Source: an uncultured Planctomycetia bacterium
GTDB taxonomy: Bacteria > Omnitrophota > Gorgyraeia > 2-02-FULL-51-18
Assembly: GCA_964431835.1 (NCBI GenBank)
Contig: CAYSKO010000010.1
Coordinates: 267-64,266 of the forward strand
Reading direction: 5' to 3'
Length of the DNA stretch: 64,000 nucleotides
Of this stretch, positions 52,951-64,000 are shown in pieces; within the stretch, counting starts at the first letter, position 1, and each line of letters opens with the position of its first letter. A program made the translations under genes and the position numbers. The notes beneath the pieces were generated by a model, which ran no database searches, had not been told where the DNA came from, and worked only from the letters and a program-made list of their open reading frames with translations.

Positions 52951-55309
52951 CGCGCTCCTGCTGACCCTGTGTCGGTTGAGACGGGGCCGGCTGAGCCTGA
53001 GGCTGTACCTGTGCCTGAGACTGCTGAGGACGGTCGCCTTCGCTGCGAAGCTCGCGGTTTTCGCGAGGTTCACGGTGTTCGCCGCCGCCGCTGCGCGGAC
53101 GATCTCCGCGGTAGCCACCTCGGTCACTGCCGCCACGCGGACCCCGGTCACTGCCGCCGCGAGGACCCCGGTCGCTGCCGCCGCGCGGACCGCCTTCGCG
53201 GTCTCCACGGGTGCGTCCGGCCGCCGTGCCTTCGAGCACCGCGGTGCGCTTAGAAAGATTGATGCGTCCTTGCTGGTCGATTTCAATGACCTTGACCATG
53301 ACTTCGTCGCCGATTTTGACGGCCGCGTCGACGTTCTCGACGAACTCGTCCGCGATCTCGGAGACGTGGATCAGACCTTCCTTGCCGGGAAGGATTTCGC
53401 AGAAGGCGCCGAAATTCATGATGCGCTTGATGGTGCCCTTGTAGATCTTTCCCACTTCGGCCTCGGCCGTGATCCCGCGGATCATGTCGATGGCCTTCTG
53501 CGTGGCTTCGCCTTCGGCGGACGCGATCGTCACCGAACCGTCATCCTCGACGTTAATCTCGGCGCCTGAATCCGCGGAGATCTTGCGGATCATCTTGCCG
53601 CCGGGGCCGATGATTTCGCGGATCTTCTCGGGGTCGATCTTGATCGTCGTGATGCGGGGCGCGAACGAGGAAATCTCGGCACGCGGAGCACCCATGGCGG
53701 AAGTCATCTTCTCGAGGATGTGGAGACGCCCTCGCTTGGCTTGGTCGAGCGCCTTGCGGAGCGTGTCGATCTCGAGCGAGTCCTTCAGTTTGATATCGAG
53801 CTGGACGGCCGTGACGCCCTTGGCCGTGCCGGTGACCTTGAAGTCCATATCGCCGAGGTGATCTTCGACGCCCGCGATGTCCGAAAGGATCGCAACGCGC
53901 TTACCCTCTTTGATGAGACCCATCGCGATTCCCGACACGGGTTCCTTGATCGGAACGCCTGCGTCCATCAGCGCGAGCGAGCCCGAGCAGACGCTCGCCA
54001 TGCTCGACGAACCGTTCGACTCGAGGATCTCCGAGACGAGGCGGATCGTGTAGGGGAAAGAATCCTTCGACGGGATGACCGGCTTCAGGCCGCGCTCTGC
54101 GAGCGCGCCGTGGCCGATTTCACGGCGTCCCGGACCGCGGTTCGGCTTGATTTCGCCTACCGAGAATGCGGGGAAATTGTAATGGAGCATGAACGGCTTC
54201 GAGACGTCGCCTTCGATGGTCTCGATCATCTGCTCGTCGCGCGGCGTGCCGAGCGTGGCGACGCCGAGGGACTGCGTCTGACCGCGCGTGAAAAGCGCCG
54301 AACCGTGAACGCGCGGGAGCACGCCCACTTCGCAGGTGATCTGCCGGATTTCGTCGGATTTACGGCCGTCGGTGCGGAGACCCTGGAGGATGAACTCGCG
54401 GACGCTCTCCTTCTCGACGTCGTGGTAAGCGGTCTTCACCTGTGGGAGCGTGTAAGCGCCGCCTTCCACCATAAGCTGCTCCTGAACCTTTTTCGAAATC
54501 GCGTCGAGGCGGTCGGAGCGGTCTTCCTTGCTCTTGGCCTCGTGGTTGATCTTGTCGATTTCCTTGAGCGCGATTGCGCGGACTTTGTCCATCAGGTCCT
54601 TCGCGGGAACCTGCAGCACGGGCTCGTAGCGCGGTTTGCCGATTTCCTTCTGCATCTTTTTCTGAAGCTCGAGGACGGGCTTCAGCGCTTCGCTGGCGAA
54701 TTCAAGCGCTTGGACGATGCGGTCTTCGGAAACCATGTTCGCGCCGGCCTCGATCATGATGATCCCGAGGTCGGTGGTCGCGACCACGATCTCGAGCGTC
54801 GCCTTCTCGGACTGCTTGTAAGTCGGGTTGATCACGAACTGCCCGTCGACGTCCGCGACGCGGCAGGCCGCCATGGGACCCATGTACGGCGCGCCGGAAA
54901 TGATAAGCGCCGCCGAGGCCGCGTTCATCGCGATCACGTCGGCGTTGTGCTCTTTGTCGCTGGCGAGCACGGTCGCGGTGATCTGGACTTCATGGAAGAA
55001 GCCTTCGGGGAAAAGCGGGCGGATCGGACGGTCGATGAGGCGCGAGGTCAGCGTCTCCTTCTCGCTCGCCTTGCCTTCGCGGCGGAAATAGCCGCCGGGG
55101 ATATTGCCACCGGCATAGGCTTTCTCCTGGTAATCGCAGGTCAGCGGGAAGAAATCGCCGCCTTCCTTGGCTTTGCGGGAATAGCAAGCCGCGACGATGA
55201 CGGTCGTGCCGCCGTACGAGGCGACGACGGCGCCGTCGGCCTGTTTGGCCATACGGCCCGTTTCAAAAACGATCGGCAGACCGCCGAGGGAGACTTGGTA
55301 ATTTTTCAT
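52904..55309 (-). CDS. pnp: Polyribonucleotide nucleotidyltransferase (PNPase) with approx. 100-aa RGG/Q-rich C-terminal extension
   Basis: 801 aa with two RNase PH domains, KH and S1, then ...[33 protein letters not shown]...[20 protein letters not shown]...KKKSWFS. Confidence 0.95.
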   Translation of the reverse strand: MKNYQVSLGGLPIVFETGRMAKQADGAVVASYGGTTVIVAACYSRKAKEGGDFFPLTCDYQEKAYAGGNIPGGYFRREGKASEKETLTSRLIDRPIRPLFPEGFFHEVQITATVLASDKEHNADVIAMNAASAALIISGAPYMGPMAACRVADVDGQFVINPTYKQSEKATLEIVVATTDLGIIMIEAGANMVSEDRIVQALEFASEALKPVLELQKKMQKEIGKPRYEPVLQVPAKDLMDKVRAIALKEIDKINHEAKSKEDRSDRLDAISKKVQEQLMVEGGAYTLPQVKTAYHDVEKESVREFILQGLRTDGRKSDEIRQITCEVGVLPRVHGSALFTRGQTQSLGVATLGTPRDEQMIETIEGDVSKPFMLHYNFPAFSVGEIKPNRGPGRREIGHGALAERGLKPVIPSKDSFPYTIRLVSEILESNGSSSMASVCSGSLALMDAGVPIKEPVSGIAMGLIKEGKRVAILSDIAGVEDHLGDMDFKVTGTAKGVTAVQLDIKLKDSLEIDTLRKALDQAKRGRLHILEKMTSAMGAPRAEISSFAPRITTIKIDPEKIREIIGPGGKMIRKISADSGAEINVEDDGSVTIASAEGEATQKAIDMIRGITAEAEVGKIYKGTIKRIMNFGAFCEILPGKEGLIHVSEIADEFVENVDAAVKIGDEVMVKVIEIDQQGRINLSKRTAVLEGTAAGRTRGDREGGPRGGSDRGPRGGSDRGPRGGSDRGGYRGDRPRSGGGEHREPRENRELRSEGDRPQQSQAQVQPQAQPAPSQPTQGQQERVENGQDKPKKKSWFS
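53121..53192. repeat. 3 x 24-bp tandem repeat within the pnp 3' region, encoding (GPRGGSDR)x3
   Basis: Three near-identical consecutive 24-mers: cggtcactgccgccacgcggaccc / cggtcactgccgccgcgaggaccc / cggtcgctgccgccgcgcggaccg. Confidence 0.85.
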
Positions 55310-55365
55310 GAAATCTTTCTTTTGTTTTTAGCGCGTTTGTCTTAGCGCGTACGGGTGGTCTCGAT

Positions 55366-55635
55366 TTACTTACGGAGATCGAGCTGTTCGATGAGTTTGA
55401 AATACTCGGCCTGATTTTCCCTCTTCAGGTAATCAAGCAGTTTGCGGCGCTGGGAGACGAGCTTGAGGAGGCCGTGGCGTGAATGGTGGTCCTTCACGTG
55501 GGATTTGAAATGAGCCCCGAGATTGTTGATGCGCTCAGTGAGGACCGCGACTTGGACGTACGGGGAGCCCGTGTCTTTGTCGTGAATCTTGTGCTTTTCG
55601 ATAACTTCGGTCTTACGGGTTTTGGTGATCGACAT
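55366..55635 (-). CDS. rpsO: 30S ribosomal protein S15
   Basis: 89 aa ending ...[23 protein letters not shown]. Confidence 0.95.
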   Translation of the reverse strand: MSITKTRKTEVIEKHKIHDKDTGSPYVQVAVLTERINNLGAHFKSHVKDHHSRHGLLKLVSQRRKLLDYLKRENQAEYFKLIEQLDLRK

Positions 55636-55675
55636 AACCTAACTCATTCTCCTTGATTGTTTTTTATTGTGCTTA

Positions 55676-55704
55676 ATTATACTTGTTTGGCTTTCTTTTG
55701 TAAA
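55676..55704 (-). promoter_or_regulatory. Sigma70-type rpsO promoter (TTTACA-N17-TATAAT)
   Basis: On the minus strand, TTTACA (55699-55704) is followed by a 17-nt spacer and TATAAT (55676-55681), in the AT-rich 86-bp gap between ribF and rpsO. The -35 lies within the inverted repeat GGCTTT-N7-AAAGCC. Confidence 0.55.
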
Positions 55705-55721
55705 GCCGAAATATTAGAGTG

Positions 55722-56639
55722 TTACTTTAGTATTTTCAATGACTTGCGAATATCTTTGCGTATTTGATTAGCAAGTTCTAAGGCGTTTTCGAACCGGTGC
55801 AGCTCCCGGATGTAACCCGCAAAAACGATCTCGACGTTCCGGCTGTACAGATTTCCGCGAAATCCGGGGAAATGCGCCTCGACGCTCGGCTCGCGGTCGC
55901 CGAAGGTCGGACGTTCGCCCACGTGCAGCACTCCTTTGAGCTTCCTTTCACCCACGAGGCCCCAAACAGCGTAAACACCGGCCGGCGGCAACGCTTCGTG
56001 GTGCGGGTTCACGTTGGCCGTCGGAAACCCCACGCGGCGCCCACGACCGCGGCCGTGGACCACATTGCCGTAGAGCGATACCGGCCGGCCCAAAAGCCGC
56101 GCGGCCTCCCGCAACTCCCCTTTTTCGATCAGCTTCCGGATACGAGTGCTCGAAACGCGTTTCCCGCCCGCTTCAAGCGGTGCCACGAGAGAAAGATCGA
56201 ACCCGAGTCCGTCCGCGCGGGCGGCGAGATACCGTACGTCGCCCGCCCCTTTTTTACCGAACCTGAAATCCGGCCCGACCGAAAGCGAGCGCATGCCCAG
56301 CCGCGCGACAAGCGTCTTCTCGAGAAAGCGTTCGCGGGTCGCCCCGGCGAAGCGGCGATTGAAACGAACCACGAGCGCCTCGTCGAGCCCAAGCGCCTCG
56401 AAAAAACGAAGGCGGTGAGGGAGAGACAGAATCGCGGCGTCCTTTTTCCCTCCAAGCACACGGCTTGGATGCGGATCGAACGTGACGACCGTCGAGCGCA
56501 AGCCCCGGCGGCGCGCACGGCGAACGGCGTCTTCGAGGATTCGCTTATGCCCCCGGTGCACGCCATCGAACACGCCGATCGCCACCGACCGCCTGGCGCG
56601 CTTAAGCGTCGGGTCCGAAAAACCGCGGAATATCTTCAC
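55722..56639 (-). CDS. ribF: Bifunctional riboflavin kinase / FMN adenylyltransferase
   Basis: Reads VKIFRGF...VAIGVFDGVHRGH...GFPTANV.... The likely start is GTG at 56639 overlapping the truB stop (GTGA). The 97-codon upstream extension in the track ORF is not coding. Confidence 0.85.
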   Translation of the reverse strand: MKIFRGFSDPTLKRARRSVAIGVFDGVHRGHKRILEDAVRRARRRGLRSTVVTFDPHPSRVLGGKKDAAILSLPHRLRFFEALGLDEALVVRFNRRFAGATRERFLEKTLVARLGMRSLSVGPDFRFGKKGAGDVRYLAARADGLGFDLSLVAPLEAGGKRVSSTRIRKLIEKGELREAARLLGRPVSLYGNVVHGRGRGRRVGFPTANVNPHHEALPPAGVYAVWGLVGERKLKGVLHVGERPTFGDREPSVEAHFPGFRGNLYSRNVEIVFAGYIRELHRFENALELANQIRKDIRKSLKILK

Positions 56640-57312
56640 CGGACGAGCGCAGCCTCGAAGCGTTCCGAGGAGTATTCCCTCACACGCGTCTCGTCGAGCG
56701 CCCGCTCGAGCGAGTAAGGGCCGATCCGCGTACGCACGAGCGCCGAGAGCGTCGCGCCGCAGCCGAGGCGGCGGCCCACCTCTTCGGCGAGGGACCGGAC
56801 GTACGTCCCTTTCGAACAGCTGAGAAAAAAACGGGCTTCCGGCTTTTCGTAGCCCAAAAGATCGAACCGCGAAACGACAACCGCGCGCGGTTGGGGCGCT
56901 ACGGTTATTCCGCGCCGCGCCATGTCGCACAGCTTTCGCCCGCCGATCTTGATTGCCGAATAACTCGGCGGGATCTGCTCGATGGGGCCCGTGAGCGCTG
57001 CGAACGCTCCCCGCAGGTCGGTCTCGCCCGCTTCGACTTCGGACGTCGAGAGCACGCGCCCTTCCATGTCGAGGGTGTCGGTCGTCATTCCTAGGCGAAT
57101 CGAACCGCCGTAGTCCTTGTCGAGGCCCATGAGTTCGTTCGAACGCTTGGTCGCCTTCCCTAAAAGGAGGACAAGGAGCCCCGTGGCGAGCGGGTCCAGC
57201 GTGCCGGCGTGCCCGATGGCTTTCTGCGAGAGGCGGCGGCGTAGAAAATCGACCGCATCGTGGCTCGTCCAGCCGATTGGCTTATTGAAAAGAAGGATTC
57301 CGTCCAGGATTA
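56636..57312 (-). CDS. truB: tRNA pseudouridine(55) synthase TruB (5' end uncertain; no canonical start codon upstream of the conserved N-terminal region)
   Basis: The track ORF starts at ATG 57130 (MGLDKDYGG...). The same frame continues upstream, stop-free, as ...VILDGILLFNKPIGWTSHDAVDFLRRRLSQKAIGHAGTLDPLATGLLVLLLGKATKRSNEL. This contains the TruB catalytic-Asp motif, reaches the rbfA stop codon, and has no ATG/GTG/TTG. Confidence 0.75.
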
Positions 57313-57663
57313 CTCTTCTTCCGGCTTCTTGATCTTCTTCAGGATGTCGTCGATGCGAAAAGCGTCGTCGATCGACTTATCAAGCTCGAAACGGATTTCG
57401 GCCGCGTATTTCATGTTGATCCGCTGGACGGCGAGGCGGCGGATGAAACCCGCGTTCTCGGCGAGAGCTTCTTCGGTTAGCTCCTTCTGTTCCGCGCTCC
57501 CGAGCACGCTGTAGAAGACGCGCGCGAAGCGGAGGTCGTCGGTCATTTCGATGCGCGTGATCGTCACGAAACCCATACGCGGATCGCTCGACATGTCCTC
57601 GATGAGGATGAGGCTCATGATTTTCCGGAGTTCTTCGGCGACTTGACTCGAGCGCTGAGACAT
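57310..57663 (-). CDS. rbfA: Ribosome-binding factor A
   Basis: 117 aa (MSQRSSQVAEELRKIMSLILIEDMSSDPRMGFVTITRIEMTDDLRFARVFYSV...), a KH-like RbfA. Confidence 0.9.
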   Translation of the reverse strand: MSQRSSQVAEELRKIMSLILIEDMSSDPRMGFVTITRIEMTDDLRFARVFYSVLGSAEQKELTEEALAENAGFIRRLAVQRINMKYAAEIRFELDKSIDDAFRIDDILKKIKKPEEE

Positions 57664-57674
57664 TTTCGGTTCCT

Positions 57675-58574
57675 TTATCCTCTCGGATGGAATTTCTGAT
57701 GGATTCCCTTGAGCCTCGCCTTCTCGACGTGCGTGTAGATTTGCGTCGTCGAGATATCCGAGTGCCCGAGGAGCTCCTGCACGACGCGCAGGTCCGCGCC
57801 GCCCTCCAAAAGATGCGTCGCGAACGTATGCCGCAGGATGTGCGGGTAAATCTTCTTACGGATCCCCGCGCTCTTGGCGTGCTGCTTGAGCACGGTCCAC
57901 ACGGTCTGCCGGGTGATCCCCTTCTTGAGACGCGAGACGAAAAGCCGCTCCTCCGAGCGGCCGGCCAGGAACTTCTCTCGTGCGGCCAGGTACGCGGCCA
58001 AGCACTTGCGGGCCACCGAACCGACGGGAACGATCCTTTCCTTCTCGCCCTTGCCCCGGACGCGAAGCATGCCCTCGGGCAGGTTGAGCTGAGACACGCG
58101 GAGCGCGGCGGCCTCGCTCGCCCGCACACCCGACGCGTACAAAAGCTCGAGAAGCGCGCGGTCCCGGTGCCCGGTGAACGCTTTCTTCGGACCGCCTTCG
58201 GCCGTCGGCGCGGCCAAGAGAGCCTCGACTTCGGACGCCGACAGCGCCTCGGGGAGATGCTTCCAAAGCTTCGGAGCCTCGATCGCGTCGGTGATATCTT
58301 CGGCGATCTTGCCCTCGTCCACGAGGTACCGGTGAAACATGCGGATCGCCACCAAGGCCCGCGCGACCGACCGCGGGTTCAGCCCCCGTTCCCGCTCGGC
58401 GATGAGGTGATCCATCACGTGGCGGCGCGTCACGTCCTTCGGCGACGCCGCTTTTGCCTTTTCGAGGTGGGCCGCGTAGAGCCCAAGGTCGCGCGCGTAC
58501 GAAAGCCGGGTGTTCTTGGAAAGTCCCCGCTCGATCGTCAGGTGATCGAGAAAAGCCTCGATCGGCTCGCGCAT
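57675..58574 (-). CDS. xerD: Tyrosine site-specific recombinase XerD/XerC family
   Basis: 299 aa with catalytic residues R...K...HxxR...Y (…HILRHTFATHLLEGGADLRVVQELLGHSDISTTQIYTHV). Confidence 0.85.
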   Translation of the reverse strand: MREPIEAFLDHLTIERGLSKNTRLSYARDLGLYAAHLEKAKAASPKDVTRRHVMDHLIAERERGLNPRSVARALVAIRMFHRYLVDEGKIAEDITDAIEAPKLWKHLPEALSASEVEALLAAPTAEGGPKKAFTGHRDRALLELLYASGVRASEAAALRVSQLNLPEGMLRVRGKGEKERIVPVGSVARKCLAAYLAAREKFLAGRSEERLFVSRLKKGITRQTVWTVLKQHAKSAGIRKKIYPHILRHTFATHLLEGGADLRVVQELLGHSDISTTQIYTHVEKARLKGIHQKFHPRG

Positions 58575-58582
58575 CGGCGAGG

Positions 58583-59089
58583 TCAGGCGCCCAGGTCGAC
58601 TTTGTCCGGGACGACCGACGCCTTCACCTTGTCGTAATAGAAGTCATTCTGAATAAGGCGCTTCAGCTTCTCGAGCTCGTTGCGGACGCCGGGCTCCTCG
58701 GATTCGGAGTATCCGCCGGCCTCGATACGAAGGACGATCTTCTTCATTGCCGCGAGGTCGTCGTCCATCTCGACGGCCTTCTCCGGAACGAGCAGCCGGT
58801 GCAGGGAATCCAGGTGGTTGTAGGCTTCCTGCGCGCAGCGCTCGACCTTCTTCCGGTTTCCGCCGAACGCGTTCAAGAGCTCGTCATGCCAAGTCTTCCA
58901 GAGCGTGTAATGGGTGCGGTAGTAATAGTCGTTCGAGAATTTCTTCTGATACGGGCCCTCCTCGATCGCCATGACGGCGCTGACGTGCTTGGGCACTTTC
59001 TTCTTACGCGTGAACTTCTTTTGGACGGAAGCGCAGCCGGCCGTGAGGAGGACCGTGGAGGCCAGGACGATCGCAATCGCTCGTTTCAT
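58583..59089 (-). CDS. Hypothetical lipoprotein
   Basis: Likely start is MKRAIAIVLASTVLLTAGCAS (lipobox LTAGC). It is basic and alpha-helical, with no recognised domain. Confidence 0.5.
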   Translation of the reverse strand: MKRAIAIVLASTVLLTAGCASVQKKFTRKKKVPKHVSAVMAIEEGPYQKKFSNDYYYRTHYTLWKTWHDELLNAFGGNRKKVERCAQEAYNHLDSLHRLLVPEKAVEMDDDLAAMKKIVLRIEAGGYSESEEPGVRNELEKLKRLIQNDFYYDKVKASVVPDKVDLGA

Positions 59090-59140
59090 TCTTTCTCCAT
59101 GAAGGTTGGTTTCGACTGGTTCCATTCTAGCGTTTCCTCT

Positions 59141-61475
<2,335 letters not shown>

Positions 61476-61479
<4 letters not shown>

Positions 61480-62807
61480 TTCTTTTTCCCTTGAGGCAGG
61501 TGCGCGATGAGACGCGCGATCTCGTCGCGGAGCTTGGCGCTGTCGTGGCGTACGAGCTCCGTCTCGTTGCCGACGTCCGCGAGGATGAGCTTGGCGTGCG
61601 TCACCCGGCGCAGGCGAGCCGGGGCGGGCGGCGCGACGGGCTTCTGGTCCTTGCGCGCGTATTCCTCGATCGCTTCCTCGGAGAGGCACGTGTTCGAAAC
61701 GATCACCGAGTCGAGGCAGTCCTTGCCGAGATAACGCACGATCTCCCGCGCGTGGTCGGCGGCGTCGTAGCCCCACGTCTCGCCGGGTTTCGTCATGAGA
61801 TTGCATACGTAAACTTTCTTCGCGCGCGAGCGCACCACCGCTTCGCGGATGTCGGCGACGACGAGATTCGTGGCGACGCTCGTGAAAAGATCGCCCGGGC
61901 CGATCACGATGAGGTCCGCGTGCACGAGGGAGGAAAACGCCTCGGCGTCGCATTCGGGGGGAGGATCGTGCCAGAGGCGCTTCACGCGCGCCTGGGGCGG
62001 ACGGCCCACGCAGCGGTCGATCTTGCTCTCCCCTTTCACCACCGCACCGTTCGAAAAACGCGCCACGAGCGAGGTGAGCGTACGTGTCGCCGGGAGCACG
62101 ATTCCCTGGATGTTCAAGATGTCCGAGAGCGCTTTCACGGCCTCTGACATCGATCCTTTCACCTCCGCGAGCACCGTGAGGAAGATGTTTCCGAAGCTGT
62201 GTCCATGGAGATCGCCGCGCTTCTCGAAGCGGTGCTGGATGATCTGGTTCATGACGTCCGGCGCGTTCGAAAGCGCGACGAGGCTGCGGCGGATGTCGCC
62301 AGGAGGCAGGATGCCGAACATCTGAGAAAGCTTGCCCGAGGAGCCGCCGTCGTCCGACATGTTCACGATCGAGATGACGAGCGCGTTCGGAAGCGTCTTG
62401 ATACCGAGAAGGAGCGTAAAAAGACCCGTGCCGCCGCCGATGCACGCCACGCGCTTCTTTTTTTGGACGACCGCGTTGAAGCGCATGATGAACTCGCGCT
62501 GATTGAACGGCCGGAGAACGGTGTCGGAAGCGCCGAGCGCGGCGGAGCGAAGGATTGCCTCGCGGTCTTTCTGGGCGGAAACGGCGATAAACGGGACGCC
62601 GGCTCGCTTCAGGCGTCTCATGATACGCTCCTTGCGCGCGGCGTCCATGAAGGGGTCGTTGTCAATGACGGCCGCCGCGGGACGTGTGCGGAGCGCCCGC
62701 TCGAGCGCGGCCTCGTCCGGCACGGCGTGCACCCGCAACGGCATGCGCGCGAGAATTGTCGCTATTTCAGCGTGAAGGGCGGGATCGCCGACGGCTAGAA
62801 TGTTCAA
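61476..62807 (-). CDS. Receiver-domain / YvcK (gluconeogenesis-factor, UPF0052/CofD-like) fusion protein
   Basis: 443 aa. Residues approx. 1-115 are CheY-like (MNILAVGDPALHAEIATILAR...AAAVIDNDPF...FIAVS...). Residues approx. 120-443 are YvcK-like (ACIGGGTGLFTLLLGIK...MSDDGGSSGKL...PPGDIRRSL...VIGPGDLFTSV). Confidence 0.75.
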
Positions 62808-63220
62808 ACGCCGAGCTCCGGGGCGACTAATTCGAAGAAAGCGCGGTCCTTGGCGTGTGTGAGGAGGCGTGACACCTCGCCGACCGGCACCCAGCGCGCT
62901 TCGGGGTTGTCGGGATCGATGGGCTTAAGCTCCATCTGGGCCGTCTTAAAAAGAAACATTTCAATGATCTTGAGCTCGGCCGGGTCGTCGCCACCGCCCT
63001 TGGCGATACGCGGACGCTCGTAGCGTCCGAGCTCCCGCACGAGCGTGAGGTCGTTCACACCCGATTCCTCGAGAATCTCGCGGCGCGCGGCCTCAAGGAC
63101 GCTTTCGCCCGGATCGACATGGCCTTTAGGCAGGGACCACGAATCACGGTTCTGGTTCACGACGAGCACCTCGCCGCGGCGGTTCAGCACCACGCCGCCG
63201 GCGCTTAAGGATTTCTTCAT
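62804..63220 (-). CDS. NUDIX hydrolase
   Basis: 138 aa with Nudix box GHVDPGESVLEAARREILEESGV. Confidence 0.85.
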   Translation of the reverse strand: MKKSLSAGGVVLNRRGEVLVVNQNRDSWSLPKGHVDPGESVLEAARREILEESGVNDLTLVRELGRYERPRIAKGGGDDPAELKIIEMFLFKTAQMELKPIDPDNPEARWVPVGEVSRLLTHAKDRAFFELVAPELGV

Positions 63221-63239
63221 AGGACCATTCTATCAGGCG

Positions 63240-63761
63240 TCACTCGATTTCGTCGATAGCGTGCGCATAGGCTGCGAACGTCTCGTCGTCGAAGCACGCG
63301 ACGATCACGCGCTCAATCGGTGCGCCCCGCTCGAGGTGGCGGCGAATTTCGGCGACGGCGATGCGGGCGGCACGGTCGAGCGGAAAGCCGTAGGCTCCCG
63401 TGGCGATGGAGGGAAAGGCGATGCTGCGGACGAAGCATTTCTCCGCAAGCGTAAGGCAGCTCCTGTAGCACCGCGCGAGCGCGGCGTCTTCGTCGTCGGC
63501 GCCGCCCTTCCAGCGCGGACCCACTGTGTGGATCACCCAGGGAGCAAGCAGCCGGTAACCGGCGGTGATTTTGGCGTCACCCTTCGGGCAGCCGTCGAGC
63601 TTTTTACATTCCTCGAGGAGATCCGGACCCGCGGCGCGATGAATCGCGCCGTCCACACCCCCTCCGCCGAGAAGCGACGAGTTGGCGGCGTTCACGACGG
63701 CGTCGACGCGCAGCTTCGTGATGTCTTCACGGAGGATCGTGAGCTTATCGGTCCAGGCCAT
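63240..63761 (-). CDS. Macro-domain protein (O-acetyl-ADP-ribose deacetylase / ADP-ribose-1''-phosphate-processing type, YmdB/MacroD-like)
   Basis: True start is MAWTDKLTILREDITKLRVDAVVNAANSSLLGGGGVDGAIH.... The track ORF's N-terminal 39 codons are a read-through of the tRNA-Pro gene. Confidence 0.85.
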   Translation of the reverse strand: MAWTDKLTILREDITKLRVDAVVNAANSSLLGGGGVDGAIHRAAGPDLLEECKKLDGCPKGDAKITAGYRLLAPWVIHTVGPRWKGGADDEDAALARCYRSCLTLAEKCFVRSIAFPSIATGAYGFPLDRAARIAVAEIRRHLERGAPIERVIVACFDDETFAAYAHAIDEIE

Positions 63762-63816
63762 GACGCCCTCGAAAATGAAAATGCCGGGCTCGGGGGCCCG
63801 GCATTCGCAGACAAAA

Positions 63817-63894
63817 TGGTCGGGATGGTGGGATTTGAACCCACGGCCTCTTGGTCCCGAACCAAGCGCGCTAGCCAAGCTGCGCTACATCCCG
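63817..63894 (-). tRNA. tRNA-Pro (anticodon CGG)
   Basis: Minus strand reads CGGGATGTAGCGCAGCTTGGCTAGCGCGCTTGGTTCGGGACCAAGAGGCCGTGGGTTCAAATCCCACCATCCCGACCA. Anticodon loop is TTCGGGA; a canonical cloverleaf with encoded CCA. Confidence 0.85.
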
Positions 63895-63919
63895 ATTCAA
63901 ACGATTCAATTGAAGGGCT

Positions 63920-63948
63920 ATTATAGACGAGAAGAAGGCTTCTGTAAA
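63920..63948 (-). promoter_or_regulatory. Sigma70-type promoter of tRNA-Pro(CGG) (TTTACA-N17-TATAAT)
   Basis: On the minus strand, TTTACA (63943-63948) is followed by a 17-nt spacer and TATAAT (63920-63925), about 25 nt upstream of the tRNA 5' end. Confidence 0.6.
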
Positions 63949-64000
63949 TCTCCGACACGAGAAGAACTTTCGCCCGATTCGGCTAGGGCTTTGTAAACGA

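Noticed and set aside
55310-55365. Possible regulatory hairpin or terminator in the rpsO-pnp intergenic region (as in the E. coli RNase III site).
   Set aside because: Only short GCGC palindromes and a direct (not inverted) CGCGCT repeat are present. There is no convincing stem-loop or U-tract.
57675-58574. Tyrosine recombinase as evidence of a mobile element or integron.
   Set aside because: The sequence and context fit the chromosomal housekeeping XerD/XerC dimer-resolution recombinase, sitting among rbfA and ligA. There is no attachment site, integrase-associated cargo, IS element or repeat boundary nearby. The two tRNA-Pro genes also lack adjacent integrases or direct repeats.

Overview
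This is a high-GC bacterial chromosomal segment of about 64 kb carrying roughly 70 tightly packed genes. All but one gene (cinA, + strand) are on the minus strand. About 41 kb runs from recA (40984) down to groES/groEL (window start) as an almost gapless co-directional array with many 4-bp ATGA/GTGA overlaps.

In order along the window (minus-strand genes unless noted):
- groEL (N-terminal fragment) and groES, preceded by a perfect CIRCE element and a sigma70 promoter.
- coaX, birA, uvrB, nadC, valS, a CimA/LeuA-type synthase, then lysC, an ApgM/COG3635-type predicted alternative homoserine kinase, thrC and hom.
- tRNA-Pro(GGG), a secreted hypothetical, a 61-aa membrane protein, gpsA, then an HD-GYP phosphodiesterase with a coupled 139-aa unknown.
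- plsY, pgsA, lepB, lepA, a phosphohexomutase, rpe, an M16 peptidase, ruvX and a manC-like gene.
- A fused his-trp supraoperon: trpA, B, F, C, D, G, E directly abutting hisI, F, A, H, B, D.
- alaS, recX and recA, with an intrinsic terminator between recA and recX.
- cinA on the + strand, divergent from recA.
- The main accessory block: three signal-peptide proteins sharing a small C-terminal beta-domain, an EnvZ-like kinase and an OmpR-family regulator, with TTTAA x3 direct repeats at 11-bp spacing in front of the first secreted gene. Upstream lie pgpA and a second pgsA paralog.
- rimO, rodZ, ftsK and dut.
- pnp with an RGG-repeat C-terminal extension, rpsO, ribF, truB (no canonical start codon), rbfA, xerD, a lipoprotein, ligA and acyP.
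- A receiver-YvcK fusion protein, a NUDIX hydrolase, a macro-domain protein and tRNA-Pro(CGG).

The ORF track treats GTG as a start and prefers the longest ORF, so many true starts are internal; I give the corrected starts. I found no CRISPR array, IS element or prophage. Several promoters match TTTACA/TTGACC-N17-TATAAT. Coordinates I derived by hand (motifs, internal starts) may be off by 1-2 nt.
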